A stretch of DNA of 64,000 nucleotides from Cirrosporium novae-zelandiae (taxonomy: Eukaryota), in NCBI GenBank assembly GCA_026023565.1, contig JAPETS010000020.1, positions 248,001 to 312,000 on the forward strand. Direction: 5' to 3'. Of the stretch, positions 1-12,652 are shown one piece after another. The position numbers were made by a program, and so were the translations under genes. The first letter of the stretch is position 1; each line of letters opens with the position of its first letter. Under the pieces are notes generated by a model, which saw nothing but the letters and a program-made list of their open reading frames with translations, was not told where the DNA came from and made no database searches.

Positions 1-2166
1 GTGAATTGCTTGGCGAGAATCTTCATCGGCTGATTCTCCTGGCACGTCAAAATTGGCCGGAGTACTTGGTTGCTCGTGTTTGATCTTCCGTGCCGCTATG
101 TCTCCTGCATGAGATGCAATCGACTGACTTCTGGTGGACCTTGTTGTCATGGCTGATGCAGTGCTGCCTCTCCTACCTCGACGAGATTTTGCAGGCGCCC
201 GACTAGGCGTCTTGCTTGGATGACCTATTTTGCCTTCTGCCTCTACTCCTAAAGACGTTGCCTTATTTGATGTTGGGGTTTGTATCTCGGATTGACTTTT
301 TCTAGACTTTTTCAATTTCGAAGCCTTGGGAATAACAACCTTTAATTCCTCGGGAGGGATTAGTTCTTCCATTGGATCAATGCCCTCCATCTCTGGGCGA
401 GAGGCCGGCGGCGGAAGTGGCATCCCAGCAGGGGCTTCTGGTGCCTTCCATTTTGCTGTTGAAGGAAGATACATTTCCCTAGGTGGTTGCTTTGGCAACT
501 CCTGCTGATCTACGAGCATAGGGGTTGGCCTAGGAGCTGGTGTATGCAGCTGTGGACGCTGAGCTGTATTATTCACAAATTGTGCCGGAGCTTGGTGTGG
601 AGAAGCTATAGTTTGTACGGAAGATCCGCGACCATGTTGCCAGGACTCCTGATTCGAGAGCAGCGGAAGAGTGCGTCCTTGGATATGTGAAGAATACGGT
701 AATGATGTGTTTGGGGGGAATTGGCCGAAGTTTGAAGACTGCTGGGGATATGGTAGTTGTTGATAATATTGATGCGGGGACTGAGAATGAACTTGATTAC
801 CCTGCCGTGGAGATTGATGTGGCTGTGGTTGACTTTGCTTGTTCCAGAACGGCTGGCCAATATTATCTGAGCGTGCATCTAAAGGTCTTGCAGGAGATCC
901 AGGAGCAAAATTCATGCCAGGTACAGGAGGTAGGATTACAGGAGATATTGGAGGTCGAGCGCTGTTTGAATTGGCTTGGAAATTGTTGAGACCGCTTGCC
1001 ATAGGTGGTCTGGGAGCATTTGGAGTGGTTTGGCCTAACTGGGGCGACCTTGAATGATACGCAGGCATGGGAGATGAGAGACGATAACCTGGCCCTGACT
1101 GCTGTGGTGGGGGCAGGTACATCCCCGGTTGCGAGGGAGGTCTATCTGGGGATCTAGCAACTGGAGGAATAGATGCTCCTGGTACTCCAGAAGTGGGTGG
1201 TAATTCAGAACCTGATGGAAATCGTTGATGTTGAATTTGAGGTGAATTACCGGATTGGGACATGCTCATTGAGTCTGATCGATATGGTCGAGACATGCCT
1301 GGAGCTGTTTCCTGTAAACCTTGGATATTTGTACTAGGATCTCTATGACCATGCCCATCTTGATATACTGGGGCTGTGAAACGTTCAGGTCTCGGCAGGA
1401 TGGAACCTGTCGTTGTATGTTGGAGATAAGGAGATGGACTTTGTAGAGGAGCACTACTGCTGCTTCCTTGTCTAGAATGTAAGCTGGTGGGAACATTGTT
1501 CGGACTATGCAAAGCTGTATATGGCCTCAGAGGACTTTGCTCTCCAGATTGACTGGTCTGGTTCATAGGATAGGTCCTAGATTCTGATGCCGACCTCTGA
1601 AGATCATGAGCCTGCTGTTGAAGGCGGGCATCCCATTCTCCTCCTTCGATCTCCCCAATCTCCTTCTGAATATTTTGGATTTTCCGCTCATCTTCGCGGA
1701 TCTCTGCTACCACATGGGCGCGAAATCTCGCATATAGCCTCCGAACAAGATCACCTAGCTTTTGTTCATGCTCTGTATTCTCGTAAGAAACTGGGGATGA
1801 CGACAGTTTTCTTTTTCTTGGAGGATGCTCAGCATCCGTTCCATCGGCACTTCGGCCATTTTGCGAGTCGAGGCGATCTCTATGTTCTTCCTTCAATAAA
1901 CTCAGGTAGAGATGCTTGAGAGCTTCAGGTTGTAAACGGTCGTCACGAAAGGTTGGATTTTCTCGGACGAGATTGTTGGTCATCAATAGTTCCGAAATCT
2001 TCGCAAATTTTGGAGTTTTCGAGCCGCTTAGACTGCGAAAAAAGAGCAGAGCCTCAAAGGGGGTATAACGCGACAGAGTGGCAGAGTTTGCTGGACTCCA
2101 TTGCGTAGCGTCCACGCTGTCGAAGGTGGGAAGGGGAGCCAGCTTGACGAGAACTTGAAAGGACAC
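1..2166 (-). CDS. Partial gene running off the window start: fungal bromodomain-containing protein (BRD8/Bdc1-like), N-terminal part
   Basis: Minus-strand frame absent from the ORF track, presumably because no stop lies in the window; both ends that I translated are in the same phase. It reads ...YTPFEALLFFRSL...FAKISELLMTNNLVRENPTFRDDRLQPEALKHLYLSLL...LVRRLYARFRAHVVAEIREDE...GGEWD, then Pro/Gln/Ser-rich sequence and RSQSIASH...IKHE. This matches my recollection of the N-terminus of Pezizomycotina bromodomain proteins. The bromodomain itself would lie outside the window. A CTAG acceptor at 2167-2170 suggests an unresolved upstream exon. Confidence 0.6.
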   Translation of the reverse strand, partial: MSFQVLVKLAPLPTFDSVDATQWSPANSATLSRYTPFEALLFFRSLSGSKTPKFAKISELLMTNNLVRENPTFRDDRLQPEALKHLYLSLLKEEHRDRLDSQNGRSADGTDAEHPPRKRKLSSSPVSYENTEHEQKLGDLVRRLYARFRAHVVAEIREDERKIQNIQKEIGEIEGGEWDARLQQQAHDLQRSASESRTYPMNQTSQSGEQSPLRPYTALHSPNNVPTSLHSRQGSSSSAPLQSPSPYLQHTTTGSILPRPERFTAPVYQDGHGHRDPSTNIQGLQETAPGMSRPYRSDSMSMSQSGNSPQIQHQRFPSGSELPPTSGVPGASIPPVARSPDRPPSQPGMYLPPPQQSGPGYRLSSPMPAYHSRSPQLGQTTPNAPRPPMASGLNNFQANSNSARPPISPVILPPVPGMNFAPGSPARPLDARSDNIGQPFWNKQSQPQPHQSPRQGNQVHSQSPHQYYQQLPYPQQSSNFGQFPPNTSLPYSSHIQGRTLPLLSNQESWQHGRGSSVQTIASPHQAPAQFVNNTAQRPQLHTPAPRPTPMLVDQQELPKQPPREMYLPSTAKWKAPEAPAGMPLPPPASRPEMEGIDPMEELIPPEELKVVIPKASKLKKSRKSQSEIQTPTSNKATSLGVEAEGKIGHPSKTPSRAPAKSRRGRRGSTASAMTTRSTRSQSIASHAGDIAARKIKHEQPSTPANFDVPGESADEDSRQAIH

Positions 2167-3325
2167 CTAGACACTTCACAGGCACAAGCATATCAGTAGT
2201 TAAGCGTAAATACTTGATCAGCAATCAAGGATGAATAAGTTAACGTGTTTTCAGGACTTGTTTCAGGTGTCAAGTTTTGATCTATTCACAGTCGTGGCCT
2301 TGACCGTTGGGATCGGGGCGTTTTGGAACGAAGAAAGGATTTAATTACAGGTTACAGGTAATTGCATGGTACAGCCGAGGTACTGCAGTTTTAATGATGA
2401 CTGTGAGGCCAAAATGAGGCCCTTCTTGGTCTATTGTGCTATTGTGTGTGTAAAGTATATAATGAATTTGCACTTTTCTACCGATAATTATGTTCCAGGG
2501 CTTCCTCTAGCCTATGTGGTGCCTGTCAAGTTGTCAACCATCGCACAAGATTCGATAACATATAATGAGTTTGGAGAGAGATGACATGTGGCTAATTATT
2601 TGCCATCCCCTAGATAACTGAACTACGGTCTACCTAGGAATGGATGATCTGGTTAATTAAAGGGAGTCCTCTGAAGCACGAGCTCTGTTTTTTTTTTTTC
2701 TTTTTCTTTTTAGTTATTCCTTCATTGCCCAGGAGAAGGTTAGAGGGAGGGTGAGAGAGGAGGGGATCGACAAGATAATTCATAAGTTATTATGATTTGG
2801 GCATCAAGTAATTCAAGTAATTTGGTACGTTACTTGTAATTTACTTGTACTTACAGGATAACGCCATACCAGAGACAGACCAACAAACCCAGCTCTCTGG
2901 CTTTCTTTGGGGCCCGCTCATACCATGGTGGCACCAATAATACGCAGTAATCTTAACAAACAATTTTAAACCCCTACTGATTCTGGGAAAGAGGAGTCCA
3001 TCCGGCCCCTCCTTTGCCCCTGACTCCCTGATACAGCTGCAAAAAGCGCAGGAATGACCTTTCCAGTTATGTCCTTTGCCAGCAGTTAATAATGAAGAGA
3101 TTGATCAACCTTCCATTCTTCATGGAAGCAACTTCTTCAGCCTTACTCTTACAACAAGCATCACCATCTTAACGAGCTTATTATCCGAGTATCAGTTACT
3201 TCTTCGCTACTGTTCTAAAGCTACTCGGCTGATCCTACCGCTCTTCCTCACGCTATCCGTGCTTCTAAAGACCCACCATCGCCTCAATCTGAACTTCTCT
3301 CACAACACTCTCTTACTATCTTACA

Positions 3326-3783
3326 ATGGCCACCCACGACAGCGAGTTCGACCCTGACGCCGACTGGAAGCCAAATGGGCGACCTCAATCCACCTTGGCC
3401 CGATCATTCGAGGCTTCACTGCACGACATCTTCAAGATTGATACTGGCGTAGAGAATCTAGCATCCACGGTGGATCAGAAGTATGTCTGGACCGAATGAA
3501 TGAGTCATGGTCTCAAATTACTGATAAGAATAGGAAGCAGGCTGTCACCACACAGAGTCAGGAGCTTGAAGCTCTGGAGAAGAAACTGAAGGAAACGGAA
3601 GAGCTGTTGAAGAGACGGCAGTCGAGACGAATCCCACCTCATCCACGGTCGCCATTGAATGGCAACTTCAGCAAGGGAGATGGTTCTCCTACCAGTCCCA
3701 TGGCCCCCGATGATCCATCACCTAGATCACGACCACCAACTAGCAAAGCATCAGGAAGTGCAGAAGAAAGCGCGTCGAAATAA
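3326..3783 (+). CDS. Small conserved fungal coiled-coil hypothetical protein (2 exons: 3326-3480, 3534-3783)
   Basis: ATG at 3326 in ACAATGG context. The intron GTATGT..CTGAT..TAG (3481-3533) joins the frames to give MATHDSEFDPDADWKPNGRPQSTLARSF...VDQKKQAVTTQSQELEALEKKLKETEELLK. Confidence 0.8.
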
Positions 3784-4525
3784 TTTGAAATTTCACGGCC
3801 TTTGTTACATGGCATAGTTGGTTTATAATGTTTCGCATCCCATAACGCTATTGCTGAAGTATAAGAATGACTGGATTAACGAAGAAAGTTGGTTGGAGAG
3901 AGGTGGAGTCAACACAATTCTTTGGGGGGGGGGGTTTGGTTGTGTTGGGTGGCATTGAGACAAGCTGACCTACTCTCTCTCTCTCTCAGCCTGAATTGAA
4001 TAGTAATGATGGCCCAAGTTGTTGTAAGAAAGGGAACCAACTGGCAGTGATACCCGTTCAGATATTATTGGAGTATTGTGGTGGATGATTGGCAATATTA
4101 AATGAATGGAGTGGAGATGATGCGCCTGTGGGGCTTTCGATACGTGCCTTGTTCCGACCTACCAGCAGCAACTGGGGCATTTTCCGTTTCCCGTTTTCTC
4201 TCATACTTGGCAAGCACAGGCTTTGGCTACAATGAAGCTGATTAGCAACATGTTTCTATGAATTGTAATCAAATGGTTATACAGTTGGCGATATTGTAAA
4301 AAAACAAGAATATTACTTAGGTGTTATCTATATGGGGTTGGAGGGGGGGGTTGTTGCATGTACTACTCGAGTAGGTGGTGAACCTTTCAACCTTTCAATA
4401 CCCCTCTCCGTTTAAGGACCCCCTAGTACATACATACATACTGGTAGTAAAGGTTAATGTGTGTGTGGTCTATCTGGAGCGACCAAGGGGGATGATGATC
4501 TGGGAATGCCCTTGTTGTTAGTTTG

Positions 4526-4592
4526 TGGGTAAAGTGGTAAAGTTGGTGGTAAAGTTGGTGGTAAAGTTGGTGGTAAAATCGGTGGTAAAGTT
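4526..4592. repeat. 12-bp tandem minisatellite (GGTGGTAAAGTT, about 5 imperfect copies); a (TGTACAT)n 7-mer run follows at about 4646-4672
   Basis: Directly visible in the sequence. Confidence 0.85.
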
Positions 4593-5184
4593 GTTGCAGG
4601 TTTTGGTTATTGACCGCCGTAAAAGTATGCTGATGATTTTCCCTGGTACATTGTACATTGTACATTGTACATTTCTTGCCAGTGATTGTAGATTGCTGTG
4701 TGTGTACCTTATGGATCCAGTGGCATGCATGCTTTTTTTTCTCCGCCATTCCGGTTACCTAGCCTTAACGGAAGAGACGCTAATTGGAGTTTAGTTGGTG
4801 TGGGACTTGGACCCGAAGGCCTTGACCGATGGAAAGTGAGTGGCCTCGCAGACAGACTCGCAGAACGCAGAAACTCGCAACCTCCAAGCTGTCGCTGACC
4901 CGCGTTCCTTTCTCATCTTTACCCGAATCCACAACCACCTCATCCCCCCCCCCATCCAAACAATATCCAACAATATCTACATCTTTACTCAAGTAATATG
5001 TCTTTTGTATCTTGACCATTTGATCCCTCCCACCCCATCTATTACGCCTACCGTTCTCCGTTGTTTCGAATTCTATCCTTGGCTCACTCAACAAATTAAA
5101 CTGCTCGCGAGAGTCTCTTGAACGAGTCTCTCCAGCGTGCGCACCTCAAACTGGATTACAATCACCCACTGGTCAAACCCTCCG

Positions 5185-8100
5185 ATGGAGTCGAGACTCC
5201 CTTTCTCAAGGCCTATGCCTTTTCAGAATCATCAAGATCCTCGAAATCCTCCATTACCCTCTCTCTCATCATACTCGACGGCTCCTTCTCCCTCCATTTC
5301 GGCTTATCCTTCTGCGCCCCGACGAGCAGACCCTTTCAACTTGAGAGACCTTTCTGGTCGTCAAGCACATACACCTCCCATCGTTTATCCCCAACCGAAC
5401 AATGCTCGAGATGACATGTTGTTCGGCAGAAGGCAATCTCCCATCGACCACAAGGTCCTATCGCATCCAAATCCAAATATCCCTCCTCAACGACGCCCGA
5501 GCTTTACACCAGGAATACTACGTGATGATGGACCGCCAAAAGAACAAAGTCGTGGATTAAAAGAAGGTATTTGTTTTTTTATTATTTATCTTAATGTCTG
5601 GGATGTTGAAGAATGCCTGAATAAGAAATCTCCAACTCCAACTGCCGCAAGAGTAGTTATTCTTCATTTTTGTTGAGTGAAGATTGGATTTTATGGGTGG
5701 TAGTTGGGAGAATCGATGGAACATTTTATGCGCCCCTGGTAGACGGTAACAACAGGGGCATAGCAGAGGATTGTTTCGTCCGTTCCTTCCCATGTTTTCT
5801 TGTGTCCCTCATCCTCTCAAATAATGATCGACAAATCGAGTTAGCCACCAAACATGCTTAATTTGCTAGCGTTGCACTAGCTAAATTTGGCTTTGGATTA
5901 CGTTGAAGCTATCATCCATGATGTACCTCATGCGAACCCTCCACGGCTGACTTACGATGGCAAGATCGTCGTTGGAGTTCCCCAAGGACATTTTAGAGAT
6001 AACCCAAACACGACCCAATTTTTCATCCTGCCATTTTAGATTTATCTATATGTTGATGTCAATCTCTTAATGAATTATCCTTTCTCATTGGTACTCTAAT
6101 ATACCCCCTTTGTTCAGAATGCTAACCTTGACCTCTCTAGGCTATGATTATTCGAACAGTCTTCAGCGTATGAATACGCCATCATCCTCATCCCCTTTGT
6201 ATGGAAGGAGGTTCCCACCAGACATTGAACAGACTCGCCGTCGTTCTCTTAGTGGTACAAGTCCACAACGATCATACTCTAGCAATGGTAGGTAATGTGC
6301 TGAAGGGCTTGCGAAATGCTTGGTTCTGTTGCTAATATCACTCCCACCATAAAGGCCCCTCCGAGATGCCCCAGCAACCACTTCCGTATAATTCGAATCG
6401 CCAAATGCTTCCCCCTTCATCCCCTCGCCAGTATCAGTCTACCCATAGCTCATCCTCTTATGGGGCCCGAATATCACAACCTCCACCTCCACCCCCTCCT
6501 TACTCAACGCCTCGAGATCTTCCCTCGTTGTCTTCGATTCATAGGCCAGGTAGCAGCATGTCAACGTCCTCGATGCCTATTTCTTCCATGCTGGGATCCG
6601 AACCTGAGCGGCCCCCACGTGAATCAATCCCTACTCTACCTCAACGGCCCGCTTCCAAAAATGGGCCTGCTCCTACTCCTTCTCCACCGATCTCGAGTAA
6701 CTTATCGCCCTATATGTCATGGAGATCTGGTTCAACTGAGCATCCCGGCCTCAAACGCGCTCACACCCCTGAAAGACCTTATGTGACGGAAAGCCAGCCG
6801 CAAAAGCATTTCCCAACCTTCTCCAGGGAATCACCTTCGAGCTCGCTTCCTCGCGACATCCCAAGGTCCTCCGACACTCTCCATAATACGCGCTCTCCAC
6901 ATATGCAGTCACCCTTCCCTTATTCTACCCCAAGGACCTCAAACCCTCCTATAGACCATCCTATGGAACATCCAAGTTTGTTTCCACGAAGTACTCCTGC
7001 CACCCCGAGTCAAAGACCTAGCAGCCAACCTTCAGGTAACACTACATCCGTTCGACCTTCTACCACATCCGCTTGGCAACGGCCAGCTAGCCTGTCCGAA
7101 GTCATGAATAATCCGACTGATGGTTTTGCTTCTGTGCATACAAGACCCAATTTCGTCGTCGACCATGACCCACAGAGTCGCCCTATAAATGGTGAGATCC
7201 AGAGGGATAGCTTTGGTGATCAAGGACAAGAGCGCAACCACAAATTCTCCCCAACCTCGGGAATTTTTCAGAGGAATTTGCAACCTAAACGAGATTCAGC
7301 AGATTCAGCGAAGACGGAGGTGAATCATATGGCCCAAGAACCTTCTGCAGGTGCAAAAAGTCCTCCCTTGCAGCAACGAACAATCTCCCATGCTTCCGGG
7401 AATACATTCAACAATCAGCCAACCCCGTCTATTTCTCCGTTTGGCTTTGGTCCGCCGGCGATTGGAAACCATCCTTTCGGACGTCCATCACTTTCTACAG
7501 GACAGCAACCATCCACCCAAGTGACGCCGGGGCCTACTGACAATAAGACGAATGGAAGTTCAGGTTCCGAACACAGCCAGAGCGGTTCGGCGCCCCCACG
7601 GAAAGAAGTTGATGATTCCCACCAGACTCAACATCACCGTGCCCTCCTTGGAATTGTTTCAGAAAGCCAAAGAGGTCGAGTGTCGCCACTTCCACAGGCT
7701 GTTCAGGGTGCTCAGGGACCAACCCATGGCCCCACTCCTGAGCCTGGGATCAAAAGTGAATTTGGTAGGATGTTTATCGGTCTTGGAACTGGTGTCGGAA
7801 GCACCATGGTTACTGCAGGCCCTATTAGCAGTGGTACCCAGGGTACCCCGCCGACATCCGCTGCCAAGGGGGAAGATTCTGATCATCGACAATTAGGCCT
7901 TGATTCTCGCGCATTTGAAGCCCAGACGTCTCGATCCAATTCCCGCGCTGGACGTCAAAATGCGAAGAGGAAAGACGATGACGACAAATTTGGTAACGAA
8001 AGTACAGACGGAAGATCTACACCAGCTGGTAGTGTCCGTGGTGGCAGAAGATCAAGATACGCACCTCATCATCACCATCATTATACACATCAGTATGTGC

Positions 8101-9110
8101 TTACCGCCATGGATCCTTCAAATGCCGCGGCTAACACTGCCAGCCATCACCACCACCACCATCACCCAACAGAGGATGGATTGTCAGCTGGAAGTCCTCT
8201 TCAGCCACTAAACCAAGCAGGGGCTATTGGTCGAGTATCAACACCAGCCGACCTTGCTTCGAACAGCACTACCGCAGCAATGCTTCTTCGCCAGCGTCAC
8301 CACCATCATCACCATCATGTGCCAATAGGGGCAGGAACCGCGATGGGGCCCACCTTCCCCAAAGCTGGCACAATAATTGATCTGAGGCCCCTCCTCGCAA
8401 GTGTTGCGGCCCTTCCTCGTTACCATCTAGGCTCGACCTTGTATCAGCCTCGGCTCGAACTGCCCACAGGTGATACAGCAAGCAAATTTAATTTGGTAAC
8501 GACACCTTTGCCTCTTCCGTGTTACAAGGACCGAGCAAATTGTACATTTACAGTGCGCGTTCCTCGCTCCTATCTGAGTCGTGATCATCGAGAAGCAGTC
8601 TGTTCTCGAAGAGCAGTCTGGGGTACAAGTGTCTACACAGATGATTCGGATCCTTTAGCTGCTGCCATTCACAGCGGCTGGGTCCGAGGCGAATGGGGTG
8701 AGGATATTGATATTTCTCTTCTCGATCTAGGAGATGGCGAAAATAAAGCGGCGTCGGAGCAAAGATCGTTGGACGCTCCCCCGGTGGCAGGTCCCATTCA
8801 ACCACCAGCAGGAAAGGACCTTCACCTTACTTTATTGGTACTTCCACCTCTTGAGAAGTACGATTCATCGACCGCGTTTGGGCTCAAGTCCCGAACGTGG
8901 GGTAATAATCATGACGGCATGAGTTTCAAAATCGAGAAAATGATGTGGGTTGACGAAGGAGCGGGGCGCAATGAGGAACGAGGGGGAGAATCCAGACGCA
9001 AAAGATTGCGAGCATTATTCTCTACCAGTCAGTTTACGGGACCAGGATTTACGTTAATGGGGGCGCCAAAGAATGGACAAGTGCTTCAGAAGGAAACAGC
9101 AGTGGCGTAG
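5185..9110 (+). CDS. RXT3: Rxt3-like subunit of the Rpd3L histone deacetylase complex (exons 5185-5566, 6141-6287, 6355-8092, 8144-9110)
   Basis: C-terminal Rxt3/LCCL-like motifs VWGTSVYTDDSDPLAAAIHSGW and LKSRTWGNNHDGMSF, plus GRVSPLPQAVQGAQ and poly-His tracts. The splice junctions keep phase: G|GTATTT..TAG|GC, G|GTAGGT..AAG|GC and CA|GTATGT..GCTAAC..CAG|C. Confidence 0.85.
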
Positions 9111-9900
9111 GCAAATGTGAGGATTATTTACGGATCTCCTTGTTTGAATAAGCCTGATATACCCGGATATGAAATGTATTGGAGAGTGAGTCTTGGCGAG
9201 TTATTGATGAGATGCACTATTATTAACCTGTTAGCATACTTTGGACATTCTATAATCAATATCAATATGATCAATAATTAACGACTGATTACCACAGTAG
9301 AGGGCCATAAAGCGTCAAGGTCAAACATTAAGGCTCAAAGCTGAGTTCAGGTACCAAGCAATAAGCTTTTAGACACCTGAGGTATTGAAAATTCATTCGC
9401 CGGAGAAACGAGAGGGTTAATGCCGAGGAATGTGAACCGAGGAGTTTATGCTTCACATCATCATCACATGCGAGGTCGGTATTGATGCTTTGGCACCTTC
9501 TTAGTAGTTCTTCAAAGGAAGTCAGAAGTAGTGAGAGTCAGTCGTGTCGGTCTGCCAGTCATCCAGTCCTTCTATTATACTAGACTAAAGTTTCTCCTTT
9601 CCTACTCTTCTCTACTCTTACATCTCTAACTCTCCTCTTCATCACACTCTCTCGTAATATCTATCGGTATTTCATTCTTGCTTTCTGTTCCCCGAGCAGA
9701 TTGGGAACACTTTTGTACATCCCGGTCATGCCGCCTGCTTTCCTACACATCCAGAACTTCACTCATCTGTCTATACGGCTTAAGTCTTGATTTATACTAG
9801 CGTCACATTGATGGCATCTAGTTGTGCTCTCTTTACACAGTCATTCCCTCCAGCGGACTGTCTAATACACAATTCACTCGGGGTTCTCTTGTTTTAGAAA

Positions 9901-12153
9901 ATGATAGGTATTCATCTGGTCACCGATAATATCGATCTTTAGAGCTTATGATGAAGATAGATCACGTTCTTGGACGGCCCTCGGTCCGGTTTCGCAAGAT
10001 TCAGGTGTTTGCAGTAATCTGCTTTTGGTCCCTCTACCTATGGAAGTAAGCATTCCTCGCCGACTAAGAACGCTCTGGGATTGATGCTAATCAGGCTAAC
10101 CAGGGGAAACCGAAATGGCCCTCCTGCCATTCGAAAGATATCTTCTCGACTTGGAAAACTTCTAACACCATGGCAAATTTTGGTCACAACCCTATTATGG
10201 TTATATCTCTCTCGTAATTTCGCAAAGCTAGTAGGACTCGAAACTCCAGAACCCTTAGCTAACCTCTACTCACGCTCTTATTTTCGGGCTACATGGGTGA
10301 CCACTGCGCTGGATGCTGGCTTTTGGACAGCAATGAGAATAAAACGAACCTGGCTGAGAGATATAGCTTCGATTATTTTCACGGGTTACTATTTGATCGC
10401 GGCAGAGCAGGCAGATGAGAAGGTTCGCAAAGTCCGAGGGACTTTAACCGTGGACCATCTGCGCGTTTCTTGGAACAAGGGAACTACTCCATATCTGCTA
10501 GCACTCAATCAATTCATGCGTCCAAAATTGACGCGATATTCACCAAGAGCTATTCGCATCCCTCGCCCCCCAGAGTCCTCGTACAAGGACCCCGTTATCG
10601 CATGGCTATATTTCGATGGCCCGCTTTCAGAGCTCGGAAGGCAGACCAATGTTGTGCTCGATATTCCTGGAGGAGGTTTCGTGGCAATGAATCCACGAAC
10701 CAGCGACGACAAGCTTCTCGCGTGGGCTGGTAAAACAGGTCTTCCGGTCCTGAGCCTCGATTATAAAAAAGCCCCCGAATATCCATATCCCTATGCGCTC
10801 AACGAGTGTTACGATGTCTACCGCACAATTATTGCGAGTCGGGGTCGCTGCCTAGGCTTAAGCGGAGACACCGTTCCTCGAGTCGTCTTGACTGGCGATA
10901 GCGCTGGAGGGAACCTTGCTACTGGTGTCGTTTTAATGGTATTACAATCAGCCGGATCGGATGCACGACGAAGACATGGCGAGAAGGTACTTCCCGTTCC
11001 AGATGGGTTGATCTTGATGTATCCTGCGTTGGATTGTAACATTGGAAACTGGATGACAGACGAACAAATGGCATTAATACAAGATCGCCAGATGCGGAAG
11101 ACGAACAAAAACATCCTACGCAGGAAGAGCGACGATTACTACAGCTTACGTCCAGAAACACCTCATCCTTCAGAAGATGAAGCAGAGGCAGCTCTAGCAC
11201 GACCCAAGTTTACCGAGGTGTTAACCAAATCTCCCTCATCCCCACTCGACCCTGATACTTCCCTGAGTAGATCTCATCCAACTAGTTTGCCCGATCGAAA
11301 AGAATCAATAAGTAGGGAAGTTGCCGAACAGACAGAAGCAGTAGTTAGCTCCAAACCAAGAGTATTGAGGACCAGACTAGCAATGTCTTCCATGATATCC
11401 TACTTCAACGATCGCATCCTCACCCCTGAGATGATGCGCGCGATGATCATCTTATATGTGGGACCTCACTACCGCCCAGACTTTAGCACAGACTTTCTTC
11501 TTTCGCCAGTCCTTGCCCCTGAAGCTTTGTTAGCGCGGTTCCCAAAGACTTATTTCCTTACTGGGGAGCGTGATCCTCTGGTTGATGATACAGTCATTAT
11601 GGCTGGGCGAGTCCGACAAGCGAAATTTAATAATTTCCGGGAGCGACAAGATCTTGGTCTCGAAAAAGCGAGTAGCCATTTTGATGAAAAGGATCATGTG
11701 CAGGTAACTTTGATACCAGGCATCTCGCATGGCTTTGTCCAATTCGTTGGGGTATTTCCCGAAGGGTGGAAGCATATATACCGGTGTGGTCGATGGATAA
11801 AAGATATCTTTGAAGATCATCCTGATGCTCGGCTTGGAGAATCCGAACCTGCATCTCTTGAACCGGTAGGGACTAGACAAATGCAACAGCGATATCACCG
11901 TCGCAAGTTTGAAGAAAGCTCGGCAGATGAAGACCACCCGCTCGAGATGAGTTCAATAAGACCAAATGACCAACAAACAAGTCCCAGGGGTCGACGAGGA
12001 AGGCCTTCGATAAGGGCAAGGAGAGCTCAAAATGACAGGAGAAGAGGAAGTTTGGTGAGTCTAGCGAGCGAGGAGGATTTATTAGGCAGGAGGATGAACG
12101 GTTTGGCCAGCGGATTGCTGGGGATGACACCTGAGAATGCAATAACGCCTTGA
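9901..12153 (+). CDS. Hormone-sensitive-lipase-type alpha/beta hydrolase (Abhydrolase_3); exons 9901-9907, 9961-10045, 10104-12153
   Basis: PGGGF oxyanion motif, nucleophile motif GDSAGG, DPLVDD and HGF. The spliced N-terminus is MIDHVLGRPSVRFRKIQV, with a 7-nt first coding exon. Confidence 0.9.
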
Positions 12154-12652
12154 GTGAAGTGGATGATATAATGGGATATTTATGAATGTATGAATATATT
12201 AACATGGAAGATGCAGATTATGATATCAATTATTCCGCATTTATAAAGGATGAAATTGGTAAATGGTGGAGTAGTTAGTGACCATGACATGGCGTGGACA
12301 GTCCCCATGCCGTATCTTATCTTGATCAATCTAAAGGATGGCTACTAATTATGGACCTATAGTATCTCAGGATAGAGCCATTCGGTTTTCATTTGCCCTC
12401 TACAGGCCAAGTGCGGTACTATTCCGATGAGCTCGGAATTAAAGCCATCCCTCTTCCTGGAAGAATGGAGACTGCTTCGGGTTCAACATGATGGATCCGT
12501 CATTATCCGTGTGGGGGAATGTGGACGTAAGAAGCCATCAGCCGAACGGAAGTGTTTGAGAAAAACAACATGGAGTTAAAAGCTAGGATTGTAATATAAG
12601 GAGTGCCGATATATTTTCCTTCTTATTCTATATGTATAGAGCGCAAGAAGAT

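Noticed and set aside
326..1919. Several short plus-strand ORFs and one minus-strand ORF
   Set aside because: They are shadows of the long minus-strand frame 1-2166.
4423..4794. ORFs with KLVV, LYHQ or TTNF repeats
   Set aside because: They are translations of a 12-bp minisatellite with no gene context.
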